In this document: piece by piece, positions 18,462-28,438 of the stretch | How the letters are laid out: every line of letters begins with the position of its first letter | Position numbering within the stretch: position 1 is the stretch's first letter | DNA from: Halorhodospira halophila SL1 | GTDB lineage: Bacteria; Pseudomonadota; Gammaproteobacteria; Nitrococcales; Halorhodospiraceae | Reading direction: 5' to 3' | NCBI RefSeq assembly: GCF_000015585.1 | Contig: NC_008789.1 | Location: forward strand, 300,001-332,000 | DNA length: 32,000 bases | The notes under the pieces: model-generated | What the model was told of the DNA's origin: nothing | Databases searched by the model: none | The model's input: only the letters and a program-made list of their open reading frames with translations | Made by a program: the position numbers and the translations under genes

Positions 18462-18522
18462 GATCTGCGAATCGGCTAACCGCCCGTTTCGCCGGTGCCC
18501 CGGTGCCGCTGCGTGCCGGATG

Positions 18523-18538
18523 TGTCGCAAACCCCACA
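18523..18538. promoter_or_regulatory. NifA-type UAS upstream of nifB
   Basis: TGTCGCAAACCCCACA is a perfect TGT-N10-ACA at about -96. It lies between the nifA stop and the nifB promoter. Confidence 0.6.
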
Positions 18539-18574
18539 GCCGCATGTCGTTTCCGCCACGCTTCGGCCCGCCGC

Positions 18575-20152
<1,578 letters not shown>

Positions 20153-20273
20153 GAATCCTCCTTCACTCGCCTCTCTGTTGGGCGTAGCCGGGGGCGTCGA
20201 GGGGCGCCGGAAGAACGCGCCCTTCGGGTGCCCACCGGTGCCCCGAGTGCCGTTCCTGGGCCGACCAACGAGA

Positions 20274-20289
20274 AGCAAGACCCGTTCCA
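20274..20289 (-). promoter_or_regulatory. Putative sigma54 promoter of nifA
   Basis: The - strand reads TGGAACGGGTCTTGCT (GG-N10-GC, TTGC at -12). Predicted 5'UTR is about 110 nt. Confidence 0.5.
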
Positions 20290-20318
20290 GCGACCCGATA
20301 AGGGCCCCACGCCCCATT

Positions 20319-20334
20319 TGTCGCGTTTCTCACA
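20319..20334. promoter_or_regulatory. NifA-type UAS in the nifA/rnfA divergent region (site 1)
   Basis: TGTCGCGTTTCTCACA is a perfect TGT-N10-ACA. Confidence 0.55.
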
Positions 20335-20358
20335 GTGATTCATGAAAACCGATGTCTT

Positions 20359-20374
20359 TGTCGCCTGTGCCACA
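20359..20374. promoter_or_regulatory. NifA-type UAS in the nifA/rnfA divergent region (site 2)
   Basis: TGTCGCCTGTGCCACA is a perfect TGT-N10-ACA, 40 bp (centre to centre) from site 1. Confidence 0.55.
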
Positions 20375-20464
20375 TCGGTGCACAGGCACTACCGCAGTGC
20401 AACACGGCCCCTCTCAGGCGTAAGGACGCGGGGTTGGGTCACGGAGTGGACCGCCGGGGTGAGC

Positions 20465-20480
20465 TGGCACGGCTGATGCT
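20465..20480 (+). promoter_or_regulatory. sigma54 (-24/-12) promoter of the rnf operon
   Basis: TGGCACGGCTGATGCT with correct GG-N10-GC spacing, about 47 bp upstream of the rnfA ATG. Confidence 0.65.
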
Positions 20481-20526
20481 TATCCAAGGGCAAGCGTCGC
20501 CGACTGGCCGGGGGAAGGGAGAGAGA

Positions 20527-21111
20527 ATGACGGAATACCTGTTGCTGCTGATCGGCGTGGCCCTGGTGAACAACGTGGTGCTCACCCAGTTCCTGGGCCT
20601 GTGCCCGTTCATGGGCGTGTCGAATCGGCTGGATACCGCCCTGGGCATGGGGCTGGCCACCACCTTCGTGCTCACGCTGGCGGCGGCAGCCGGATGGGTG
20701 ATCGAGCACGCCCTGCTCATCCCCCTGGGGCTGGAGTTCCTGCGCATCCTCAGCTTCATCCTGGTCATCGCCGGGACCGTGCAGTTCACCGAGATGGCCG
20801 TGGCCCGGGTCAGCCCCACCCTGCACCAGGTCCTGGGGGTGTTTTTGCCGCTGATCACTACCAATTGCGCCGTGCTCGGCGTCGCGCTGCTTAATATCCA
20901 GGAGGCGCACACCTTCGCCCAGAGCCTGGTCTTCGGTGTCGGCGCGGCGCTCGGTTTCACGCTGGTCCTGGTCCTCTTCGCCGGATTGCGGGAGCGGCTG
21001 GCCACGGCGGCGGTACCGGCGGCCTTCGCCGGTGCGCCCATCGGGTTCGTGGTCGCCGGGCTGCTGTCCCTGGCGTTCATGGGACTGACCGGACTGCCCG
21101 AGGGAGGGTGA
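20527..21111 (+). CDS. rnfA: Rnf electron-transport complex subunit A
   Basis: ATG at 20527 with a GGGAGAGAG SD. 194 aa. [32 protein letters not shown] is a typical RnfA N-terminus. Confidence 0.92.
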   Translation: MTEYLLLLIGVALVNNVVLTQFLGLCPFMGVSNRLDTALGMGLATTFVLTLAAAAGWVIEHALLIPLGLEFLRILSFILVIAGTVQFTEMAVARVSPTLHQVLGVFLPLITTNCAVLGVALLNIQEAHTFAQSLVFGVGAALGFTLVLVLFAGLRERLATAAVPAAFAGAPIGFVVAGLLSLAFMGLTGLPEGG

Positions 21112-21115
21112 AGCG

Positions 21116-21661
21116 ATGTATGCAGCGATGCTGGTACTGACCGGAATGGCGCTACTCATCGGGTTCCTGCTGGCCGTAGCGGCGCAGTACCTGAAGCCGC
21201 CGCCGGACGAGACCGCCGAGGCGGTCGAGCGGGTCCTGCCCGGCACCAACTGCGGGCAGTGCGGCCTGCCCGGCTGCAGCATCGGGGCCCAGGCCGTGGC
21301 CGCCGGGGAGCTACCGGTGAACTTCTGCCCGCCCGGCGGCCGAGCCGTGGCCGAGGAGATCGCCCGGATCACCGGTCAGCCCCTGGTCCTCGATGACGGC
21401 GACGACGGCATCCGCCGGGTGGCGCGGGTCACCCGGGAGGACCTGTGCACCGGGTGCCTCAAGTGCATCAAGGCCTGCCCGACCGACGCGGTGATCGGCG
21501 CCCCCAAGCAGATCCACGGGGTGCTGCCCGAGGCGTGCTCGGGGTGCGCGGCGTGCATCGACGTCTGCGCCACCGGGGCGCTGGAGATGGTCCCGGAGCC
21601 GGTGACGCTGGCCAACTGGCGCTGGCCGCGGCCGACGGAGGCGTACGACCATGCTGCTTAG
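21116..21661 (+). CDS. rnfB: Rnf complex subunit B (Fe-S)
   Basis: 181 aa with an N-terminal TM segment, CGQCGLPGC and two CxxCxxCxxxCP-type ferredoxin motifs. Confidence 0.9.
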   Translation: MYAAMLVLTGMALLIGFLLAVAAQYLKPPPDETAEAVERVLPGTNCGQCGLPGCSIGAQAVAAGELPVNFCPPGGRAVAEEIARITGQPLVLDDGDDGIRRVARVTREDLCTGCLKCIKACPTDAVIGAPKQIHGVLPEACSGCAACIDVCATGALEMVPEPVTLANWRWPRPTEAYDHAA

Positions 21662-23171
21662 CAAGCCGAAGATCATTCGCGGCGGCGTGCGCACCGAGCC
21701 ACGCAAACAGCCCACCGCGGAGTCCCCGCTGGAGCCCCTGCGGGCACGACAGCGACTCTATGTCTCGCTGGCCCAGCACATCGGCGCACCCGCCCTGCCA
21801 GCCGTGGCCCCGGGTGAACACGTCACCAAGGGCCAGCGGATCGGCACGCCGGAGGCCGGCCTGTCGGCGGCCGTCCACGCCCCGACCTCGGGCCGGGTGG
21901 TGGCCGTCGACCGCCACCCGGCGCCCCACCCCTCCGGGCTGACGGTACCCACCGTGGTCCTCGACCCCGACGGCGAGGAGCAGTGGAGCGAGACCCTGCC
22001 GGAGCCGCTGACCGCACCGGCCAGGCAGATCGACCCGGCGACGATCGCTGCCCGGGTGGGCGAGGCCGGCATCGTCGGGATGGGCGGTGCTGCCTTCCCG
22101 GCGGCGGTGAAGCTCGGCGCCGGGCAGCCGGTGGCCACGCTGATCCTCAACGGCGGCGAGTGCGAACCGTACCTGACCTGCGACGACCGACTGATGCGCG
22201 AGCGCGCCGCCGGGATCATCGACGGCGCCCAGCTGATGGCCCGCGCCCTGGGCGCCGAACGCACCGCCATCGGGGTCGAGGACAACAAGCCGGAGGCCAT
22301 CCACGCCCTGCGCCGCGCCAGTGACGCCCTCGGTGGCCCCGACGTGGTGCCGGTCCCGAGCCTGTGGCCCCAGGGCTCGGAGAAGCACCTGATCTACACG
22401 CTGACCGGCCGCGAAGTCCCGGCCGGCGCACGGGCGGGGGACATCGGCGTGGTCGTCCACAACGTCGGCACGGCCTACGCCGTGCATCGCGCCGCCCGCC
22501 ACGGCCGCCCGCTGATCAGCCGCCCGGTGACCGTCGGCGGCGGCGCCGTGGCCGAACCGGGGAACTTCGAGGCGCCCCTGGGCCTGCCCCTGCAGGCCCT
22601 GATTGAGCAAGCCGGCGGGCTCCGCGAGCCCCCGGCCCGGGTGCTTGCCGGCGGCCCGATGATGGGCCAGGTGGCACCGCTGGAGGCCGCCGTGGCCAAG
22701 GGCACCAACGGTGTCATCGCCCTGACCGCCACCGAGATCCGCGAGGCCGAGGGGCGCCCCTGCATCCGTTGCGGCCGCTGCGTCGATGCCTGCCCGATGG
22801 GATTGATGCCCTTTGACATCGCCAACCGCGCGGCCGCCGGCGATGTCGACGGCGCCGCAGCCACCGGCCTGATGGACTGCCTGACCTGCGGCTCCTGCGC
22901 CTACGTCTGCCCCTCGGCGCGGCCCCTGGTGCAACTCTTCCACTACGCCCGCGGCCAGCTCGCCGAACAGGCCACCGCCAAGCAGCGCAGCGAGCTGCAG
23001 CGGCGCATGGCCGAGCAGCGGGCAGAACGCCAGCGCCGCGAGCAGGAGCGCAAGAAAGCGGCCGCTGCGGCCCGGCGCAAACAGCGGGCCCAGCAGAAGG
23101 CCGCCAGCAGCGAGACCGACCCGCCGGCGCAGGAGCAGCCGGTCGATGAGGAGAAGGAGACGCAGACGTGA
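21651..23171 (+). CDS. rnfC: Rnf complex subunit C (NADH-binding, Fe-S)
   Basis: 506 aa. GMGGAAFP, NGGECEPYLTCDDRLM, two 4Fe-4S motifs (CIRCGRCVDACP, CLTCGSCAYVCP) and a K/R/Q/E-rich C-terminal tail. Confidence 0.92.
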   Translation: MLLSKPKIIRGGVRTEPRKQPTAESPLEPLRARQRLYVSLAQHIGAPALPAVAPGEHVTKGQRIGTPEAGLSAAVHAPTSGRVVAVDRHPAPHPSGLTVPTVVLDPDGEEQWSETLPEPLTAPARQIDPATIAARVGEAGIVGMGGAAFPAAVKLGAGQPVATLILNGGECEPYLTCDDRLMRERAAGIIDGAQLMARALGAERTAIGVEDNKPEAIHALRRASDALGGPDVVPVPSLWPQGSEKHLIYTLTGREVPAGARAGDIGVVVHNVGTAYAVHRAARHGRPLISRPVTVGGGAVAEPGNFEAPLGLPLQALIEQAGGLREPPARVLAGGPMMGQVAPLEAAVAKGTNGVIALTATEIREAEGRPCIRCGRCVDACPMGLMPFDIANRAAAGDVDGAAATGLMDCLTCGSCAYVCPSARPLVQLFHYARGQLAEQATAKQRSELQRRMAEQRAERQRREQERKKAAAAARRKQRAQQKAASSETDPPAQEQPVDEEKETQT

Positions 23172-24241
23172 GCGAACTGGTCGCCGGCCCCCACACCCGC
23201 GCCCCGCTGAGCCTGCCCACGCTGATGCGCCAGGTCCTCCTGGCCGCGGCTCCGGCCACCGCCTTCGGCGTGTGGCTCTACGGCTGGCCGGCCCTGAACC
23301 TGCTGCTCATCACCCTGGTCACCGTGCTGGTCGCCGAGGCGGCGTGCCTACGCGCCGCCGGGCGGCCCGTGCGCAGCGGCCTGGGCGACAGCTCGGCGCT
23401 GGTGGCCGGCTGGATCCTGGCCATGAGCCTGCCCCCGTGGGCGCCCTGGTGGATCGGGGTCATCGGTGGCCTGCTGGCCGTCGTCCTGGGCAAAGGGGTG
23501 TTCGGCGGCACCGGGCAGAACCTGTTCAACCCGGCCATGGTCGCCCGCGTGGCGCTGCTGATCGCCTTCCCGGTGGAGATGACCCGCTGGGTCGAGCCCG
23601 CCCCCCTGGGCTCCGCCGTGGCGCCCGGGTTTCTCGAATCCCTGGGGATCACCTTCACCGGCACCGCCGACTGGGATGCGGTCACCGGCGCCACCACCCT
23701 GGACGCCACCCGCACCGCCGTCACCGAAGGGCAGAGCATCGAGACCGCCCTGCCTGAGGCCTACCAGCCCGCCCTGGCCCTGCTCGGCTACGCCCCGGGG
23801 AGCCTGGCCGAAGGCTCGGCGCTGCTGCTCGCTCTCGGCGGGGTCTACTTGATCTACCGGCGGGTCATCGCCTGGGAGATCCCGGCGGTGATGCTCGCAA
23901 CTCTGGCGGTGCTGGCCACCGTCTTCCACACCCTGGATCCCACGCGCTACGCCGATGCCGGCGTCCACATCCTGGCCGGTTCCACCCTGCTCGCCGCCTT
24001 CTTCATCGCCACCGACCCGACCACCTCACCGACCACCACCGTCGGCCGCGCGGTCTTCGCCGCCGGCTGTGCAGTGATCGTCTGGGTGGTGCGCACCTAC
24101 GGCGGCTACCCCGAGGCCACCGCCTTCGCGGTGCTGCTGATGAACGCCTTCACGCCGCTGATCGACCACTGGATCCGCCCCCGGGTCTACGGCCGGACCC
24201 GGCTGGGCGCCCCGCTGAGCACGGACCGGGAGGGCCCATGA
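23168..24241 (+). CDS. rnfD: Rnf complex subunit D
   Basis: 357 aa, polytopic membrane protein. GTG start in a GTGA overlap with the rnfC stop. NqrB/RnfD-like FNPAMVARV and FFIATDPTTSP motifs. Confidence 0.9.
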   Translation: MSELVAGPHTRAPLSLPTLMRQVLLAAAPATAFGVWLYGWPALNLLLITLVTVLVAEAACLRAAGRPVRSGLGDSSALVAGWILAMSLPPWAPWWIGVIGGLLAVVLGKGVFGGTGQNLFNPAMVARVALLIAFPVEMTRWVEPAPLGSAVAPGFLESLGITFTGTADWDAVTGATTLDATRTAVTEGQSIETALPEAYQPALALLGYAPGSLAEGSALLLALGGVYLIYRRVIAWEIPAVMLATLAVLATVFHTLDPTRYADAGVHILAGSTLLAAFFIATDPTTSPTTTVGRAVFAAGCAVIVWVVRTYGGYPEATAFAVLLMNAFTPLIDHWIRPRVYGRTRLGAPLSTDREGP

Positions 24242-24906
24242 GCACACCGGAGCGCCCCACCTACCAACAGCGCACTGCCTACCACGTCACCCTGCTGGGC
24301 ATGGTGGCCCTGATCAGCAGCACCGCCCTGGTCATTGCCGACCTGCAGACCCGCGAGCAGATCGAGGCGCAGCGCGAACGCCAGCTCGGCGAACGCATCG
24401 CCCAGGTGACGCCGGTGCGGACCGCCGCCGACGCGCCGCTGGAGCGCACGGTCTCGGTCCGCCACGACGGCCGTGAACACACCGCCTGGCAGTACCTGGA
24501 AGACGGCGAGGTGGCGGCGGTGGCCCTGGAGAGTCAGGCGCAGGGCTACGGCGGTACCATCCGGGTGATCGTCGGCATCGACCGCGACGGCGAGGTGCTG
24601 GCCGCCCGCGTCACCGAGCACCAGGAGACCCCGGGGCTCGGCGACGACATCGAGGCCGAACGCTCCGACTGGATCGACGCCTTCGAGGGCCGCTCGCTGG
24701 GCAACACCGCCGAGGACGACTGGGCGGTGGAGAAGGATGGCGGCGAGTTCGACCAGTTCACCGGCGCCACCATCACCCCGCGGGCGGTGGTCGCGGCGGT
24801 CCACACCGCCCTGCTCGCCTTCAACGCCCACCAGGGGCGATTGCTCGATCCGCGTGCCGGTCAACGCACCGCCGAGGACGCAACCGAGGAGGCCGACGAT
24901 GGCTGA
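24238..24906 (+). CDS. rnfG: Rnf complex subunit G (FMN-binding)
   Basis: 222 aa. GYGGTIRVIVGID, ETPGLG, DQFTGATITPRAV. ATGA overlap with the rnfD stop. Confidence 0.9.
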   Translation: MSTPERPTYQQRTAYHVTLLGMVALISSTALVIADLQTREQIEAQRERQLGERIAQVTPVRTAADAPLERTVSVRHDGREHTAWQYLEDGEVAAVALESQAQGYGGTIRVIVGIDRDGEVLAARVTEHQETPGLGDDIEAERSDWIDAFEGRSLGNTAEDDWAVEKDGGEFDQFTGATITPRAVVAAVHTALLAFNAHQGRLLDPRAGQRTAEDATEEADDG

Positions 24907-25594
24907 TACCGATGCCGGACTCGCTGGACCCGCCCCCGCCGCCGAGGCCGGCCGCTGGCGGCGCATCGCCCGCGAGGGTCTGTGGGACAACAACGTGGTC
25001 TTTGCACAGCTGCTGGCGCTCTGCCCGCTGCTGGCGGTGACCTCCACCGCCACCAACGGCCTCGGGCTGGGGCTGGCGACGCTGTTCGTGATGGTGCTCT
25101 CGGCGGTGCTGGTCTCCACCCTGCGCGGGCTAATCACCGACCCGGTGCGCATCCCGGTCTTCATCCTGCTCATCGCCACCCTGGTGACGGTGGTGGACCT
25201 GTTCATGGAGGCCCACCTCAACCCCCTCTACCAGGCGCTGGGGCTGTTCATCCCGCTGATCGTCACCAACTGCGCCATCCTCGCCCGGGCCGAGGTGTTC
25301 GCCTCGCGTCACCCGCCGGCCGAGGCGGCCTTCGACGGCCTGATGATGGGGCTGGGTTTCACCGCCATCCTGCTCGTCCTCGGCGGCGTGCGCGAATTGC
25401 TCGGCGCCGGCACCCTGTTCGACCAGGCCGGGTTGATGCTCGGCGACGCCTTCGCCTTCCTGGAGATCACCGTGTTCCCCGATTACCCCGGCTTCCTGCT
25501 CATGGTACTGCCGCCAGGGGGCTTTATCGCGTTAGGATTCCTGATGGCCGGCAAGCGGCTGCTGGATCGACGCCGGGAGGCACAGACGGCATGA
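24899..25594 (+). CDS. rnfE: Rnf complex subunit E
   Basis: ATG at 24899 overlaps the rnfG end by 8 nt. 231 aa. GLWDNNVVFAQLLALCPLLAVTSTATNGLGLG is typical of RnfE. Confidence 0.9.
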   Translation: MADTDAGLAGPAPAAEAGRWRRIAREGLWDNNVVFAQLLALCPLLAVTSTATNGLGLGLATLFVMVLSAVLVSTLRGLITDPVRIPVFILLIATLVTVVDLFMEAHLNPLYQALGLFIPLIVTNCAILARAEVFASRHPPAEAAFDGLMMGLGFTAILLVLGGVRELLGAGTLFDQAGLMLGDAFAFLEITVFPDYPGFLLMVLPPGGFIALGFLMAGKRLLDRRREAQTA

Positions 25595-25908
25595 GCGAGC
25601 ACGAACCGGAGAGCAAGCAGGACGGCCCGCTGGAGGTCTCGGTGGCCTACGTCGAAGCCGGCGAACACTTCTGGCGGTGCTTCCAGGTGCCGGCGGGCAC
25701 CAACGCCGCCCAGGCCGTGGCCCGCAGCGGCCTGCAGCAGCGCTTCCCCCACCTGGACCTGAGCACACTCAAGCTCGGCGTCTTCGCCAAGCCGGTGAAG
25801 GCGGACCGGGTTCTCGAGGACGGCGACCGGGTGGAGGTCTACCGGCCGATCACCGCGGACCCCGAGGCGCTGGCCAGCGACCGGGACACCGAGGAGGCCG
25901 GATCGTGA
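25591..25908 (+). CDS. rnfH: RnfH family ubiquitin-like protein
   Basis: 105 aa. ATGA overlap with the rnfE stop. Pattern V.V.Y.......W......P.G.....A...SG..........L..GVF.K.V.....L.DGDRVE.YRP is typical of UPF0125/RnfH. Confidence 0.85.
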   Translation: MSEHEPESKQDGPLEVSVAYVEAGEHFWRCFQVPAGTNAAQAVARSGLQQRFPHLDLSTLKLGVFAKPVKADRVLEDGDRVEVYRPITADPEALASDRDTEEAGS

Positions 25909-26351
25909 GCGGCTGCCTGGAGCGCGAGGCGGTGGTCATCGAGACCCGCGGCGACCAGGCCCGGGTCCACGCCGACCGGCCGACCGCCTGCGGCGCCTGC
26001 AAGGCCCGGGGTGCCTGCGGGGCGCAATTGCTGGACCGCCACCGCGGGGCCCGCGGCGTCTGGGTGCGCAACGCCATCGGCGCCCGCGAGGGCGAGGCCG
26101 TGGTGGTCTCGGTCCCCACCGGCGCCCTGCTCGGCGGCGCCCTGGCCGTCTACCTGCTGCCGCTGGCCGGGCTGCTCGGCGGGGCGCTGCTCGCCGACGC
26201 CGGCCTGGGTGCGGGCACCCCGGGGACCGTCGCCAGCGCGGCGGTGGGGCTGGTGGCCGGGCTGCTCGGCGCCCGCAGCCTACTCCAGCGCCGTGAGAGC
26301 GCCACCAGACAGCTCAGCCTGCGCCGCCCCGGCCCCACCGCCGGCGCCTAG
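25905..26351 (+). CDS. RseC/MucC-family (SoxR-reducing-system-type) membrane protein
   Basis: GTG at 25905 in a GTGA overlap with the rnfH stop, GAGGAGG SD. 148 aa. The N-terminal domain carries CGACKARGACG, followed by two TM segments. Confidence 0.7.
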   Translation: MSGCLEREAVVIETRGDQARVHADRPTACGACKARGACGAQLLDRHRGARGVWVRNAIGAREGEAVVVSVPTGALLGGALAVYLLPLAGLLGGALLADAGLGAGTPGTVASAAVGLVAGLLGARSLLQRRESATRQLSLRRPGPTAGA

Positions 26352-27097
26352 AAGCGCAGCCGCACGCCGATCCGCCCGCTGCGGTTGCGCGACTCCTCGT
26401 ACTGGATGACGCCGTCGAAGAGATCCTCCACCAGCTCGACACTGGCGCTGAGGGTCAGCCGCCCGTTGCCGATGCGCAGCAGCCGCTCCTGCGCGTCGTC
26501 GGGATCGTCCATGCCCAGGTAGTAGGCGTAGTGGGCATCCACCGCCCAGCGATCGGAGAGCGGCCGCTGCACGCCGATCCCGACGGTGGCGCCGGCGCGC
26601 CGATCGTCGCGGCAGGCGTCGTCTTCATCCGCTTCGCACTTCTCGACATTGCGGCGCTCGCGGGCCGCGGTGGCGTAGAGGCCCGTCCCGGCCAACACCT
26701 CCTCCCAGTGCCAGCCGAGACCGAAGGCGTAGTGCTCCAGCCCGGCGCGGGTATCTTCGGCGTCCCCGCCCCCCAGGCAGTCGCCGACGCAGGCGTCGGT
26801 GCCCAGATAATCGAAGTAGAGGAAGCCGCCCACCGCGGACTGCCACGAGGCCCGTAGATGGCCGCCAATGGCCCGGCGGTAGTCGATGGCCTCCTCGTCC
26901 TCGTCTCCGTCCGGGTGGACGCTCAGGGAGCTGTCGAAGACGACCTGGGCAAAGGCCAGCTGCAGGTAGCTATGCGGCCGCGATATCTCAGCCACGGCCT
27001 GGGCCGGCGCCAGCCCTAGGGCCAGGAGCAGCCATAGCGGCCCGAGGCCCGGTCGGGCCCGACGCCGCAGCAGTCGCGGGGGGTGGCGTGCGTCCAT
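26348..27097 (-). CDS. Small outer-membrane beta-barrel protein (hypothetical)
   Basis: ATG at 27097. Signal peptide ...LLLALGLAPAQA/VA, alternating beta-strand pattern and a terminal GVRLRF aromatic OMP signature. Acidic Cys-containing loops (TDACVGDCLGG, EKCEADEDDACRDD). Confidence 0.65.
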   Translation of the reverse strand: MDARHPPRLLRRRARPGLGPLWLLLALGLAPAQAVAEISRPHSYLQLAFAQVVFDSSLSVHPDGDEDEEAIDYRRAIGGHLRASWQSAVGGFLYFDYLGTDACVGDCLGGGDAEDTRAGLEHYAFGLGWHWEEVLAGTGLYATAARERRNVEKCEADEDDACRDDRRAGATVGIGVQRPLSDRWAVDAHYAYYLGMDDPDDAQERLLRIGNGRLTLSASVELVEDLFDGVIQYEESRNRSGRIGVRLRF

Positions 27098-27144
27098 CCA
27101 GCCATTGGCCTCAACGGTGGGGTGAGTGCGGAACGTACCGCCTT

Positions 27145-27174
27145 GCCCGCGGCGATTCAACGCTCGCCGCGGGC
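27145..27174 (-). other. Perfect 10-bp stem hairpin in the lipoprotein-OMP intergenic spacer
   Basis: GCCCGCGGCG-N10-CGCCGCGGGC. No U-tract on the - strand. Confidence 0.45.
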
Positions 27175-27196
27175 ATCGCCCCCCGAGTCCCACCGG

Positions 27197-28423
27197 TTAG
27201 TCGATGCGGATCTCGCCGCTGCCGCCAACCGAGCCGTCGCCGGCCTCCAGGATCAGCAGTCCGCCGCTGTCGAGCACACGGGTGAGCTCCCCGGGGCCCT
27301 CGTAGCCATCCTGCAGTGCGTAGAGCAGATCCACGGCGTCCCCCTGGTCGTGGCAGCGCAGGGTGTAGTCAAAGCTGGCGCTGCCGGCGGCGTTGCGGTT
27401 GGCTTCGGCGCAGAGATCGTTGAACAGCCGGTGCAGTTCGCGCCCCACCTCCGCGGCCTGCCCCTCGTCGGTGGTGGTCACGACCTTGAACGGTCGGCCG
27501 CGCTCCACGACGTCCAGCCAGCTGTTGTCGATTTGATTGAGGACCCGGTTGGCGGTCTCGCTCGCCGCCTCCTCGGCCAGAACCCCATAGTCCCCGGCGT
27601 CCCGCTCCGGGGAGTGGCCACTGCTGGCACCGATCTGATCCGCCGTGGCCGTATAGAACGCCACCGCCGTGACAACGGCGCTGCGCACGGTATCGGCCCC
27701 CACCTCGCGGGCGCTGTGATCGACATCCAGCGTGATGTAGACATCACTGCCGACCTCCAGGGCCAGCTGGTGCATGGGATCGTCGTGGCCTTCCAGCGCC
27801 GCCACCTGACCGATCACCTCGTCGACCCGCTCATCGGCCTCGGGCACCTCCACATCGAAACCCCGCTCCTGCAGGTACTCGGAGACGCGCACTATCGCCG
27901 GTCGCGTATCGTCGGCGTGCTCGGCATCCCGCGGCAGAACGGCGATGCGGGGCCGCCCGATCCGGTCCATGACATCGACGCTGTCTTCGATCACGTCCCG
28001 CGCCACCAGATCGTCGGAGAGCCGCGCAATGTTCACGCGCACATTCTTCTCCACCACCCGGTCGCCACCCTCCTGCCGACTGCCGAGGATATCGCTCTCC
28101 CAGCCGATGTAGGAGCGGGCATCGGCGAAGATCTCTTCCTCATGCTCGGCGAAGGCGTGGCGGCTGGCGGCATCCGCCAGCAGCGGATGATCCCCGCCGT
28201 ACAGCGCATACCAGACCGCAGCCAGGCGAGCGTCCTCCTCGGCGGCATCGACATCGCTGCCAATCCCCTGGGCGCGGATCATGACCTCCGAGGCGGAGGT
28301 GGATTCCACCAGACGGGCCTGGTTCGACTCGGGCAGGGGGCTGCTGGCACAGCCGACCAGGCCCACTGCCAGGGCAGCTGCCGTAGCGGCGGTCGCCGCG
28401 CCCCATACTCGATTCCGGTTCAT
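27197..28423 (-). CDS. Acidic lipoprotein with a CsgG/LpoB/FlgO-like central domain (hypothetical)
   Basis: ATG at 28423 (an alternative GTG is at 28429). Lipobox AVGLVGC. The central segment RPRIAVLP...YLQERGFDVEV...LALEVGSDVYITLDV resembles the (k)iAVlpF / alpha-beta sandwich pattern of CsgG/LpoB-type lipoproteins. Assigned by eye only. Confidence 0.6.
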   Translation of the reverse strand: MNRNRVWGAATAATAAALAVGLVGCASSPLPESNQARLVESTSASEVMIRAQGIGSDVDAAEEDARLAAVWYALYGGDHPLLADAASRHAFAEHEEEIFADARSYIGWESDILGSRQEGGDRVVEKNVRVNIARLSDDLVARDVIEDSVDVMDRIGRPRIAVLPRDAEHADDTRPAIVRVSEYLQERGFDVEVPEADERVDEVIGQVAALEGHDDPMHQLALEVGSDVYITLDVDHSAREVGADTVRSAVVTAVAFYTATADQIGASSGHSPERDAGDYGVLAEEAASETANRVLNQIDNSWLDVVERGRPFKVVTTTDEGQAAEVGRELHRLFNDLCAEANRNAAGSASFDYTLRCHDQGDAVDLLYALQDGYEGPGELTRVLDSGGLLILEAGDGSVGGSGEIRID

Positions 28424-28438
28424 GGACACCCCCTACTG

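Noticed and set aside
20379-20401. NtrC-like half-sites TGCAC...GTGCA in the nifA/rnfA spacer.
   Set aside because: The half-sites span 23 nt rather than the 17-bp TGCACC-N5-GGTGCA geometry. There is no second copy.
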